A stretch of DNA of 64,000 nucleotides from Candidatus Aminicenantes bacterium (GCA_050115915.1 JASFPP010000001.1:3116-67115); one strand, 5' to 3'; positions 17,156 through 25,748 are shown, numbered from the stretch's first letter. Translations and numbers: made by a program. The notes: generated from the sequence alone by a model not told the origin.

Positions 17156-19267
17156 TTGAACACCATTTTGTCCAGAAACGTTCAACAGAAAGCGGATCTT
17201 TTAATTTGGGTGGGCCTCGTCCTTTTCTGTGTTTTTATCCTTTGTCTTTTTATCCAATCCCTGGATGCCCTCTCTCTATGGATGGATGAAGGATTCTACT
17301 ATCTCGCCACTGAGAGGATCTTGGAACTGGGTTATCCTCTATTTCCTTCCGGACACATCTATTACAAAGCCATTTTGTATGCGTATGTTTCGGCTCTTTT
17401 CACCAAGATCTTTGGGTTCACAGTGTTCAATCTTAGGCTGATCAGCGTCCTGTGCACGATCGGTCTGATCCCTGTGCTTTATCTAGCGGGAAAAAAGCTG
17501 TTCAATCGAACGGTGGGTGTCGGTGCTGCCGTTGTTTTTTCTCTGTGTGTGTGGGTTGCCGAATACGGGCGCGTCGACCTCTACTTCGCCCCTCTTCAGC
17601 TTGTGAGTTTTGGCGGGCTTTATCTTTTTTACAGGGGATTTTTCGAGGAGAAAAAAACGTACAAAATATTTGCGACAGCGGTGTTTATCGCGGCACCCCT
17701 CGTCCATCAGCTGGGAATGAGCGTCTGGTTCTGTTATCCTGCTTTTTTCCTCGTCAAAGGGATACGAAGATTTGTCCGCAGGGATGTGCTTCTGAGTTTT
17801 TCTTTGACAACGGTGTTTTACATTCTTGTCCAGCTCCATGAGTATTTCTTCTGGGAAGTGGGGTATGTGTATGCCAAAACCGATCAGAGCATGCAGGGCA
17901 TGATCGAGTATTTTTTTGCCAGTTTTTCGCTCGACTATTTTTATGAGTTCTACGGCAGTTTTCCCCGAATGAGCCTGATCATCGGGGCCGGGAGTCTTCT
18001 CCTCCTCATCACCTTGTTTCGAGAAAGAAAAGCACAAGAATCCCGTACGCAATCCTTTTCGAAAAACTGGCTCTTTTTGTATCTCTGCCTGGTGTTCCCC
18101 CTGGTCTTCCTCGGCTTTTTCAGGACGCACGTCCAGCCCCGCTACCTCTACCAGCTGTATCCTCTTTTTGTTGTTCTCTATGCTGTTTGCCTTTTTCAGC
18201 TGTCACGGATCCTGATCGAGGTCTTGATGCTGCCTTACAAACAAAAAAGAGGCGCCGGTTTTTCGGTGGCAGCAGGAGTCCTTTTTGTGGCTCTTCTCTT
18301 TTTGACCGCAGAGGGCGTGGGTATCGGGAGGGTGAAGCGGATCGTCGATCGGCAGTATGGCGACTCCATCCAGACAGATATCGTCAACAGGTCGGGGAGA
18401 CATCAGCACTATGATCATAGAGGGCCGGGAGAGTATGTCCGGTACTTTCTCCGGGAAGATGACCTGGTTGTCGCCATCCATGTGGTCTTCCAAAACATCT
18501 ATGCAGGGAGGGTCGACTATTGGCTGTGGTCCGGGGGGCCCGGGACCTGGGATGCATGGGAGGAGACATCCGAGGGATGGAAGGATTTTTATATCGGAGC
18601 CAGGTGGATCAATAATCTGGAAGACCTGAGACAGGTGCTGGAAAAGGATCCCCAAAGGAGGGTTTGGATCATCGCATCTCCCTCTATCCTTCGCAGGGAT
18701 CACATCAACGCAAACATCGCTCGGTTCATCCAACGAGACCCGGAGAAGCTCGTATTTCGGGGCAAAGACGGTATGTCAGAGGTTTATCTATGGAATGACG
18801 CGACAGGGGCTCTAACAGGGCCCCCGTGCACGATGGAGGGAGAATGGATGCCTGCGCTTTTTGGGAAGGCCGTTTTCGAAGAAAATGCTTCAAGAGGCTG
18901 TGCTTTTTATATGCCCAAACAGAAGGAGGGCGGGAAACTCAGTTCCTACAAGACGGGGCAGGCATATTTTCCCGGGCGTTATTCGGTGTCTTTACGGGTT
19001 AAGGCCGAGGATTTCGAACGCGCTGGTGACCGATTGTTGGGCGTTGCCCTTCTCGACAGGCCTGGGGGAGACGAAGTGGTCTCTTACTTTATTACCGGAG
19101 ACAGGATCCAGGAAGGAGTGGATTACCAGGTTTATAGCTTCGATTATTATCAGAACAAGGAAAGTCAAATATATCTGAAGTTTTTATTCACAGGTCGAGG
19201 GAATGTGTGGCTCGATTATGTGGACATAAAGCCAGTGATTGAACCTCCGGCGGATAAATTTCCGTAG
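17156..19267 (+). CDS. GT-C fold membrane glycosyltransferase (ArnT/PMT-like, GT39/GT83-type) with C-terminal soluble domain
   Basis: 703 aa with about 11 hydrophobic segments. The first-loop acidic motif LWMDEGFYY is typical of ArnT/PMT enzymes. About 250 aa of non-membrane C-terminus. TTG start preceded by GGAAGAGGA. Confidence 0.75.
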   Translation: MNTILSRNVQQKADLLIWVGLVLFCVFILCLFIQSLDALSLWMDEGFYYLATERILELGYPLFPSGHIYYKAILYAYVSALFTKIFGFTVFNLRLISVLCTIGLIPVLYLAGKKLFNRTVGVGAAVVFSLCVWVAEYGRVDLYFAPLQLVSFGGLYLFYRGFFEEKKTYKIFATAVFIAAPLVHQLGMSVWFCYPAFFLVKGIRRFVRRDVLLSFSLTTVFYILVQLHEYFFWEVGYVYAKTDQSMQGMIEYFFASFSLDYFYEFYGSFPRMSLIIGAGSLLLLITLFRERKAQESRTQSFSKNWLFLYLCLVFPLVFLGFFRTHVQPRYLYQLYPLFVVLYAVCLFQLSRILIEVLMLPYKQKRGAGFSVAAGVLFVALLFLTAEGVGIGRVKRIVDRQYGDSIQTDIVNRSGRHQHYDHRGPGEYVRYFLREDDLVVAIHVVFQNIYAGRVDYWLWSGGPGTWDAWEETSEGWKDFYIGARWINNLEDLRQVLEKDPQRRVWIIASPSILRRDHINANIARFIQRDPEKLVFRGKDGMSEVYLWNDATGALTGPPCTMEGEWMPALFGKAVFEENASRGCAFYMPKQKEGGKLSSYKTGQAYFPGRYSVSLRVKAEDFERAGDRLLGVALLDRPGGDEVVSYFITGDRIQEGVDYQVYSFDYYQNKESQIYLKFLFTGRGNVWLDYVDIKPVIEPPADKFP

Positions 19268-19337
19268 GGAATGAATCAAACAATCGAAACTTATCAATAT
19301 GAATGAGCGAACGGAGAAGAAACGAAAGGAGGGTGGG

Positions 19338-20090
19338 ATGAACAACGATTTTCGGGGGAGTGTGCAGAAGGAGCTCATCGATAAAAGGGGATCTTTTTTT
19401 TCCAAGTATTCCTCACTGTTTCTTGGCAGGAAAAATCTCTTTTCGTTTCTCAGGTATGAGTGTGTGCTTCTGCTCTTCTCAGGGGTGCCCGGGGCGCTGG
19501 GCTTCTTCCTACGGAAAGTTTTCTACCCTGGCTTATTCAAACAGGTTGGGAAAGGCGTGGTCTTCGGACGGAACATTACCCTACGGCATCCCAAGAAGAT
19601 CTCTATAGGCGCGAATACCTTCATCGACGACAACGTGGTGCTCGACGCGAAGGGCGAGGAAAACCAGGGGATAATCATCGGAGAAAATGTCTATATCGGC
19701 CGGAATACCATCTTGAGCTGCAAAGAGGGTTCGATATCCCTAGATGATTTCTGCAACATCTCGGCCAACTGTATGCTCCTCTCAGAGACGGATATCCGTT
19801 TAGGAAAATACTGCTTTTTAGCGGGGCAATGCTACCTCGTGGCCGGCGGGAATCACACATTCGATGACATATCCGTTCCGATCATGTTCCAGCCCTCCTA
19901 TTCCAAAGGGGGAATCACCGTCGGTGAGGATGTTTGGCTGGCAGCCGGCGTTATTGTCCTGGATGGGATCAATGTCGGCAAAGGGACCGTTGTTGGCGCA
20001 GGATCCGTAGTCACCGAATCCCTCCCTGAGTATTGTATTGCTGTCGGAAGTCCCGCCCAAAAGATCAAAGACAGAAAGATTGCCGTTTAA
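19338..20090 (+). CDS. Hexapeptide-repeat (LbH) acyl/acetyltransferase with N-terminal membrane anchor
   Basis: Hexapeptide repeats (ISIGANTFIDDNVVL, VYIGRNTIL, WLAAGVIVLDGINVGKGTVVGAGSVV). The ATG at 19338 is preceded by AAGGAGG; the ORF track start is 19299. Confidence 0.8.
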   Translation: MNNDFRGSVQKELIDKRGSFFSKYSSLFLGRKNLFSFLRYECVLLLFSGVPGALGFFLRKVFYPGLFKQVGKGVVFGRNITLRHPKKISIGANTFIDDNVVLDAKGEENQGIIIGENVYIGRNTILSCKEGSISLDDFCNISANCMLLSETDIRLGKYCFLAGQCYLVAGGNHTFDDISVPIMFQPSYSKGGITVGEDVWLAAGVIVLDGINVGKGTVVGAGSVVTESLPEYCIAVGSPAQKIKDRKIAV

Positions 20091-20111
20091 ATCAATTTCG
20101 ACGAGAAAGAA

Positions 20112-21350
20112 CTAAGATTTTTTTGTGTGAGTTTTTTCTTCCAGTTCCTGTATGACAACCGAGCAGGCCATGTTCCCCACCACGTTGACACATGTCCGGA
20201 CCATATCGAGTAGCCTCTCGACACCCAGTATGAGGGCGATCCCCTCGAGAGGGATGCCCAACTGCTTCAGGACCAGAGCCAGGGCGATAATCCCGGCCAT
20301 GGGGACGCCGGCTGCTCCGATGGAGGCCATAACGGCCATGAGAACGATCGTGACCTGACCGGTTAAGCCCAAGGGGATGCCGTATATCTGGGCGATGAAG
20401 ACCGCAGACACTCCCTGGTAGAGCGCTGTGCCGTCCATGTTGACAGTCGAACCCAGGGGAATCACGAAGCTGGAGTACTCGCGTTTGACTCCGATGTGCT
20501 CGACACTCTCCATGGCAACGGGAAGGGTAGCCATGGAGCTGGAGGTACTGAAGGCGATGATGATGGCTTCTTTGACAGCTCTGAAGAAATAGAGGGGATT
20601 GGTCCGCCCGAGAACGCTGACAGCTAAGCTGTTAAAGGTGATCCCGTAGAGGATTAATCCCCCTATGACCACAGTGCAGTACTTGAGCAGGGTGAACAGG
20701 ATATCCATCCCGAATCGTCCGATCACTGCTGCGCTGAGGGCGAATACGCCGTAGGGTGCCACTTTCATGACCAAGTGGACGACTTGAATGAAAATATCAT
20801 TGAGGGCATCCAGCATCTTGACCAGGAAATCGGATTTCTCCGTCGGGATGAGCGTGAGAACGATGCCGAAGAGGATGGCCATAAATATGATCTGGAGCAT
20901 GTTGCCGTCGATGAAGGCCTTGACGGGATTCTTGGGGACGATATTGACCAGGATCTCGACGATGGATGGTTTTTCTTCCATCCGTTTGATCCCATCCTGG
21001 GCTCTGGCCTCATAGTTCTCCATGAGTTGGGTTTGGACCGTCTCGGGCAGGCCCTCGCCGGGATTGGCGGTGTTGGCCAAAAAGAGACCCACGCAGATGG
21101 CGATGATCGTTGTGATGACAAAATAAAGGGACGTCTTGGCCCCGATCCGGCCTAGCTTTTTGATGTCTCCCAGGCTGGCAGTCCCCAGCATCAGGGAGAC
21201 GAACACCAGGGGGACCACGATCATGGTGATCAGGTTGAGAAAGACGGTCCCGATGGGTTCGATGAACAAGACCTTTTCTTTAAAAATAAGACCGGCAATG
21301 ATCCCAAGGATGAGTCCGAGGAAGATTTTGGTGTGGAGTTTGATTTTCAT
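20112..21350 (-). CDS. Dicarboxylate/amino acid:cation symporter (DAACS/GltP family)
   Basis: 412 aa, polytopic. It has typical family segments, for example SSSMATLPV and NMDGTALYQGV. Confidence 0.9.
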   Translation of the reverse strand: MKIKLHTKIFLGLILGIIAGLIFKEKVLFIEPIGTVFLNLITMIVVPLVFVSLMLGTASLGDIKKLGRIGAKTSLYFVITTIIAICVGLFLANTANPGEGLPETVQTQLMENYEARAQDGIKRMEEKPSIVEILVNIVPKNPVKAFIDGNMLQIIFMAILFGIVLTLIPTEKSDFLVKMLDALNDIFIQVVHLVMKVAPYGVFALSAAVIGRFGMDILFTLLKYCTVVIGGLILYGITFNSLAVSVLGRTNPLYFFRAVKEAIIIAFSTSSSMATLPVAMESVEHIGVKREYSSFVIPLGSTVNMDGTALYQGVSAVFIAQIYGIPLGLTGQVTIVLMAVMASIGAAGVPMAGIIALALVLKQLGIPLEGIALILGVERLLDMVRTCVNVVGNMACSVVIQELEEKTHTKKS

Positions 21351-21371
21351 GGATACCGCCTGTTCTCCCTC

Positions 21372-22130
21372 CTATTGCTTCCGGGCCTTGTATATAAAAT
21401 TGGATGTGCTGTCGAATCGGCCGGATGCCGGGAGAAACTTTTCTATCGTGAATCCCCTCTCCTCCAGGAATTCTTTGATCTCTTCCGGGTAGTAGTGATG
21501 CCGTATCGGAACAAAATACCAATCCATGATAAGCTCTTCCAGCTTTTCCCCCTTTCGGGATTTTTCCCGTTTTTTGAAAAAGAAAACGACGGGAGAGAGA
21601 AACACGGCAAGGATTTTGGAGAGTGCTTTCCATGATTTTTTTGGCGTCCGCAGCAGTGTTTTCCGGATGATCTCGTGGATAAAGGTCGCTTTGGTTTTGG
21701 TGTAGACGGCAAGGAGTAGGGAGCCCCCCTTTTTCAGGACTCTGATCAGTTCTTCGATTGCGCCGAAAGGGTCGGTGGTGTGGTGGGCCGTACCCCAGGC
21801 CCAGACTATATCGAAACTCTCATCCGCAAAGGGAAGCTCGAGCATGTCCTCTTTCTGGAACTGTGCTGTTTCCAAGTTGAATCTGTCTTTTAAGGTCTTT
21901 GCTGTTTCGAGGCTTCCCTCGCTGATGTCGATCCCGGTGACATTGCCCGCACCGTTTTTTGCGAAAATGATACTGAATATGCCTGTTCCGCAACCCGCGT
22001 CGAGAACTTTTTTCCCGGCCACCTCTGTGCCGGAATAAAAGATCTTCCAGTGATTTTCCGATTCCTCATATTCGGGAATATACTCCGTCCAAACGACGTC
22101 ATAGAATTTACTGACTTTTTCTTTATCCAT
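21372..22130 (-). CDS. Class I SAM-dependent methyltransferase
   Basis: 252 aa. Motif I is VLDAGCGTGIF. Confidence 0.8.
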   Translation of the reverse strand: MDKEKVSKFYDVVWTEYIPEYEESENHWKIFYSGTEVAGKKVLDAGCGTGIFSIIFAKNGAGNVTGIDISEGSLETAKTLKDRFNLETAQFQKEDMLELPFADESFDIVWAWGTAHHTTDPFGAIEELIRVLKKGGSLLLAVYTKTKATFIHEIIRKTLLRTPKKSWKALSKILAVFLSPVVFFFKKREKSRKGEKLEELIMDWYFVPIRHHYYPEEIKEFLEERGFTIEKFLPASGRFDSTSNFIYKARKQ

Positions 22131-22223
22131 CTGAGCTTGTCTCTGCCTTTTTAGCCTATCGATTCATGTTTTAAAATAGAAGATATCTTATAGACTTATC
22201 TCTTGCAAGTCAATCGGGATGAG

Positions 22224-23231
22224 TTAAAGCCAGTTGTGGGCTTTCGACCACTCCACGGTTTGTAAAATTCCCTCCGCAAAGCTGATCTTTGGGGAATAGC
22301 CAAGCTCTTGTTTGGCTTTTTGGATCGCCAGCGGTTTGGGGTGGATGAAAAAGCTCAGTCTCCCTCGGGTAAGAGGCGCTTCTTTTTTAAAAAGGGCAAA
22401 GGTCCTCTCCAGGACTGATGCAGCCATTATCACGGGAAAAAGGGGAAGGGAGATCGGCGGGATCTTGTTTCCCGCTGTCGATGCGATTGTGGCTACGATA
22501 TCCTTCACACTTAAGACTTCGCTCCCGGCGATGTGATAAATTTGGCCCTTCCGCCCCATCTCTGCGCACAGGAAAACGCCCTCCACCAGGTCGTCGATGT
22601 GGACGGGCGTCTGCTGCGCATTCCCCTTTGTCACGAGCAAAAATCTTTTTTTGGCGATAGCTTTTATGAGTTTAAATGTTCGCCGATCCCCGGGCCCATA
22701 GGCCCACCCCGGCCTGACGATGGCGATGTCCATTCCCTCTTCTGCAAATTGCCGAGCGATGTTCTCTCCCTCGAGCTTGCTCCGGTCATAACTGTTTTGG
22801 GGGTTTGGAACGAAGTCCTCGTTGGCCGCTTCGCCCCCTTCAACTGATCCCAAAACACCCGCAGAGCTGAAATGGACAGTTTTTGGGATACCGGCTGCTT
22901 TTGCAGCTTGGAGCACGTTTTTTGTCCCCTCAGCGTTTATACGAAAAAATTCGTTTTCTGAGAGGATCGATGCGCCCAAGGCGGCTGCACAGTGGAAGAG
23001 AAGATCCACTCCCTCAAAGATTCCTTCCAGAGTCACCGGGCTTGTGATGTCGCCTTTAACGACCTCATAGCTTTGACTGTTTGACCCCTTTCTTCCCATT
23101 GGACGTGTGTGCTGGAAGACACGGACATTCCATTTTTTTCGAAGACATCCCTCGATCAGGGCACGGCCGATGAATCCCGATGCTCCTGTGATAAACGCTC
23201 TCATCGTGATAAGACCCTTATCCCTTCGCAC
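22224..23231 (-). CDS. NAD-dependent sugar epimerase/dehydratase (SDR family)
   Basis: Rossmann motif FITGASGFIGRAL. The likely true start is ATG 23204 (MRAFITG..); the ORF track start at 23231 is GTG and overlaps the GT4 gene. Confidence 0.85.
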   Translation of the reverse strand: MRRDKGLITMRAFITGASGFIGRALIEGCLRKKWNVRVFQHTRPMGRKGSNSQSYEVVKGDITSPVTLEGIFEGVDLLFHCAAALGASILSENEFFRINAEGTKNVLQAAKAAGIPKTVHFSSAGVLGSVEGGEAANEDFVPNPQNSYDRSKLEGENIARQFAEEGMDIAIVRPGWAYGPGDRRTFKLIKAIAKKRFLLVTKGNAQQTPVHIDDLVEGVFLCAEMGRKGQIYHIAGSEVLSVKDIVATIASTAGNKIPPISLPLFPVIMAASVLERTFALFKKEAPLTRGRLSFFIHPKPLAIQKAKQELGYSPKISFAEGILQTVEWSKAHNWL

Positions 23232-24384
23232 CCATAGCTGTATCGAGAACTTGAGCTATTTTATCTTTATAACGGGGATACGTGTAGTCACGGTCGGCAT
23301 TTTCCTTAGCTGCCCTCGCCCTTTCTTGAGCTCTGCTGTCAAAAAGGGCATAGGCGATTCCCTCAGCCATACACTCCGCATCGGGCTCGACAAGGACGGA
23401 TATCTGGTCGTTCAGGACCTGCGTGTGTGTCCAGAGGTTCGTGGCCACGAGCGGCTTTCCTGATTTGAGAAAGGAGTAGATTTTGAGCGGGGTGTTCGTT
23501 CCGGATAGACGGGGCGAGACCAAGACATCAGCCAGGCCGATAAAGAGAGGCATTTGTGCGGGAGGAACCTGTCCTGTAAAAAAGACTTTCTCAGCGATCC
23601 CCAGTTCGCGGGCCTTTTCCTTTTCCCTCTCGACAGCAGCCGGACTCTCTCCCACGAGCAGGAAGACGACTCTGTCATTCTGGAATTGGGATGCGGCCTC
23701 CAATAAAAGCGATATCCCCTGGTAAGGCTGGAAATTACCCGCATAAAGCACGATTTTTTTATCCTTGGGGACAAATTCTTCACGTTTTTGTCTGATCTCC
23801 TCTTGAGTGAATTCCTCTGTTTCGAAATCGATGAAATTTTCGAGGAGAATTGCCTTTGCAGCATAGCCCTCTTTTTCGACCTGTTTGAGGAGATCGAGGC
23901 AGATCACGATGATTGCCCGCGAATTCTTCAGGATGAACCGCTCCATGCTTATAAAGATTCTTTTCAGAAGCCTGGATCGCGAAAAATTGAAATTCTCCAG
24001 CTGTTGGGGAAGACTGGAATGCATATCGTAGATGTGGGGTGTTCGCGATAGCTTGCTCAGGATAACTCCAAAAAGAGCCCCCTCTTCATGAGAGAAGACG
24101 AGATCGTACCTGTTTCGCAATAGCAATCCGCTTGCCTTGAGAAAAAGGAGAAAATCGAGGGGTATCTTTTTGAGCGAAGGACCGATCTTGATCTTTTTTA
24201 TGAAAAAAAGATTGGGGATCCTGGAGATCTTAAGGTTTTTGATCTCTTTGTCCTCTCCCAGGTGATAGGTCACAAGATCGACATCGTGTCCGAGGTCGGA
24301 GAGGGCCCTGATTCTTTGGTAAACGCTGATGGGTGTTCCCCGTGGCTGGAAGAAGGGTTCCGGGGCGAGCATTAGAATTTTCAT
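23218..24384 (-). CDS. Glycosyltransferase family 4 (GT-B, RfaG/WcaL-like)
   Basis: 388 aa. N-terminal MKILMLAPEPFFQPRGTPISV. The C-terminal GT1/GT4 core contains LVSPRLSGTNTPLKIYSFLKSGKPLVAT. Confidence 0.85.
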   Translation of the reverse strand: MKILMLAPEPFFQPRGTPISVYQRIRALSDLGHDVDLVTYHLGEDKEIKNLKISRIPNLFFIKKIKIGPSLKKIPLDFLLFLKASGLLLRNRYDLVFSHEEGALFGVILSKLSRTPHIYDMHSSLPQQLENFNFSRSRLLKRIFISMERFILKNSRAIIVICLDLLKQVEKEGYAAKAILLENFIDFETEEFTQEEIRQKREEFVPKDKKIVLYAGNFQPYQGISLLLEAASQFQNDRVVFLLVGESPAAVEREKEKARELGIAEKVFFTGQVPPAQMPLFIGLADVLVSPRLSGTNTPLKIYSFLKSGKPLVATNLWTHTQVLNDQISVLVEPDAECMAEGIAYALFDSRAQERARAAKENADRDYTYPRYKDKIAQVLDTAMGAKG

Positions 24385-24395
24385 TGATCTTCAGC

Positions 24396-25385
24396 TTATT
24401 CGGATGACGGATCTCGTTCAGAGTCAAAGATCTCCCGTACGAAATAGATCCTTTTGTCTACCGACTCGTGGTAGGCGCGGACCATGATCTCTGCCAAAAG
24501 CCCCAGAGTGATGAACTGGATCCCGATAACAATGAGCAATATGGCCAACAGCAGCAAGGGGCGTCCTGAGATGCCCACCTTGAGAATGAGACGCTGATAG
24601 GAGAGGTATAAGCCAATGAGGAATCCGACGATACCGCTGGCCAGCCCGAATACGCCGAATATCTGGAGAGGTCGTGTGGAATAACTCAAGAGAAATTTGA
24701 CTGTGAGAAGGTCGAGGATGACTTTGACGAACCGGAACACCGTGTATTTGGACTTTCCGTGCTTCCTTGGCCGGTGGTTAACTTCAACCTCAGCTATAGA
24801 AACCCCGATATTGCTGGCAATGGCTGGAATGAACCTGTGCAGCTCTCCGTAAAGATTGATGTTTTTGATGACCTCTTTTCGGAAAGCCTTCAGAGTGCAC
24901 CCAAAATCATGAAGCTTGATGTGCGTGATCTTGGAGATAAGCCAATTGGCCATGGCCGAGGGGATGCGACGTGTCAAAAGGCGGTCCTTTCTTTTTTTCC
25001 TCCATCCGCTGACAATATCGTAACCCTTGTGGATCTTTTCGAGAAGAAGAACGAAGTCTTGAGGATCATTCTGAAGGTCTGCATCCAAGGTGATGATCAC
25101 CTCTCCTTTGGCATAATCGAAACCAGCGGAAAGGGCTGCCGTTTGGCCGAAATTTTTTCTCAGCCGGATAACTTTCACCTTGGGATCCTCCTTTTGGATG
25201 CCCCGCAACACCGGAAAAGTCAAATCCCAGCTTCCGTCATCGACAAAAATGATCTCATAGGAGAGGTTCAGTCCTATTGAGGCTTTCGTGATCTCTTCAT
25301 AGAGGTCTGGCAGGTTTTTCTCCTCGTTAAAAACCGGCACTACGATGGAAAGTGCAAGAGGCTCCTTGGGATTCATTGCGGTCAA
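24396..25385 (-). CDS. GT2 polyprenyl-phosphate glycosyltransferase (paralog of 16137-17129)
   Basis: 329 aa. LSIVVPVFNEEKNL and DADLQNDP motifs. It shares the identical peptides RLRKNFGQTAAL and LYGELHRFIPA with the other GT2. TTG start at 25385, with an in-frame ATG at 25376. Confidence 0.85.
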   Translation of the reverse strand: MTAMNPKEPLALSIVVPVFNEEKNLPDLYEEITKASIGLNLSYEIIFVDDGSWDLTFPVLRGIQKEDPKVKVIRLRKNFGQTAALSAGFDYAKGEVIITLDADLQNDPQDFVLLLEKIHKGYDIVSGWRKKRKDRLLTRRIPSAMANWLISKITHIKLHDFGCTLKAFRKEVIKNINLYGELHRFIPAIASNIGVSIAEVEVNHRPRKHGKSKYTVFRFVKVILDLLTVKFLLSYSTRPLQIFGVFGLASGIVGFLIGLYLSYQRLILKVGISGRPLLLLAILLIVIGIQFITLGLLAEIMVRAYHESVDKRIYFVREIFDSERDPSSE

Positions 25386-25416
25386 TATATCACATTCACC
25401 ACTTTAACGTAAATAG

Positions 25417-25611
25417 GCTGAATTATTCATAAAAGTTGCTGCCAAATTCCTATTTAAAAAAATATTTCATTTCATATTGGCAGCATCTTTTACCTTACAG
25501 GCGAGCTGATTTTGCCGCATCTGCTTCGTTACGGCCCATTCGAAGTGGACGGCCACGTCTTCATACGCCGACGCCTTGCATCTGCGACAAACTCAACTCG
25601 TGAATAATCCA
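25417..25611 (-). repeat. T2 structured intergenic repeat, full copy F1 (about 195 bp), oriented toward the GT2 gene at 25385
   Basis: The reverse complement aligns with copy E. It shares the identical GGATTATTCACGAG (25597-25610 as reverse complement), TCGCCnnnARGGTAAAAG and CTTTTATGAWTAATTCAG. Internal hairpins are 25431-25445/25477-25491 (14 of 15 bp) and 25502-25519/25583-25600 (17 of 18 including 2 G-U on the minus-strand transcript). Confidence 0.75.
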
Positions 25612-25618
25612 TCCTTCG

Positions 25619-25690
25619 CCTGAATTATTCATAAAATCTGTGGTCAAATTCCTATACAAAAATCATTTCTTATCGATAGCATCTTTTACC
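25619..25690 (-). repeat. T2 repeat, partial tandem copy F2 (terminal palindrome plus degenerate P3 arm)
   Basis: CCTGAATTATTCATAAAA...ATCTTTTACC parallels F1 positions 25417-25494, including a similar loop (AAATTCCTAT..). The second hairpin and distal terminus are missing. Confidence 0.6.
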
Positions 25691-25697
25691 AGGGGAA

Positions 25698-25726
25698 TTG
25701 ACAACATTGGATTTATCCTCTAAAAT
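25698..25726 (+). promoter_or_regulatory. Sigma70-type promoter TTGACA-N17-TAAAAT for the receiver-domain gene / accD-folC unit
   Basis: TTGACA at 25698-25703 and TAAAAT at 25721-25726. A GAGGA Shine-Dalgarno sequence precedes the ATG at 25749. The promoter starts 8 nt after the T2-F2 copy. Confidence 0.5.
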
Positions 25727-25748
25727 CTAAGCCGACCTGAGGACAGAT

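Noticed and set aside
22160-22167. ATGAATCG, the T1 terminal core, lies upstream of the methyltransferase gene at 22130 in the sense orientation.
   Set aside because: This is only an 8-mer with no flanking T1 similarity. It is compatible with chance occurrence in 128 kb of two-strand sequence.
25417-25690. The direct repeats in the 25.4-25.7 kb spacer could be a CRISPR array.
   Set aside because: There are only about 1.4 copies. The units are 70-195 bp and internally structured. The sequence between them belongs to the same element. No cas genes are present in the window.
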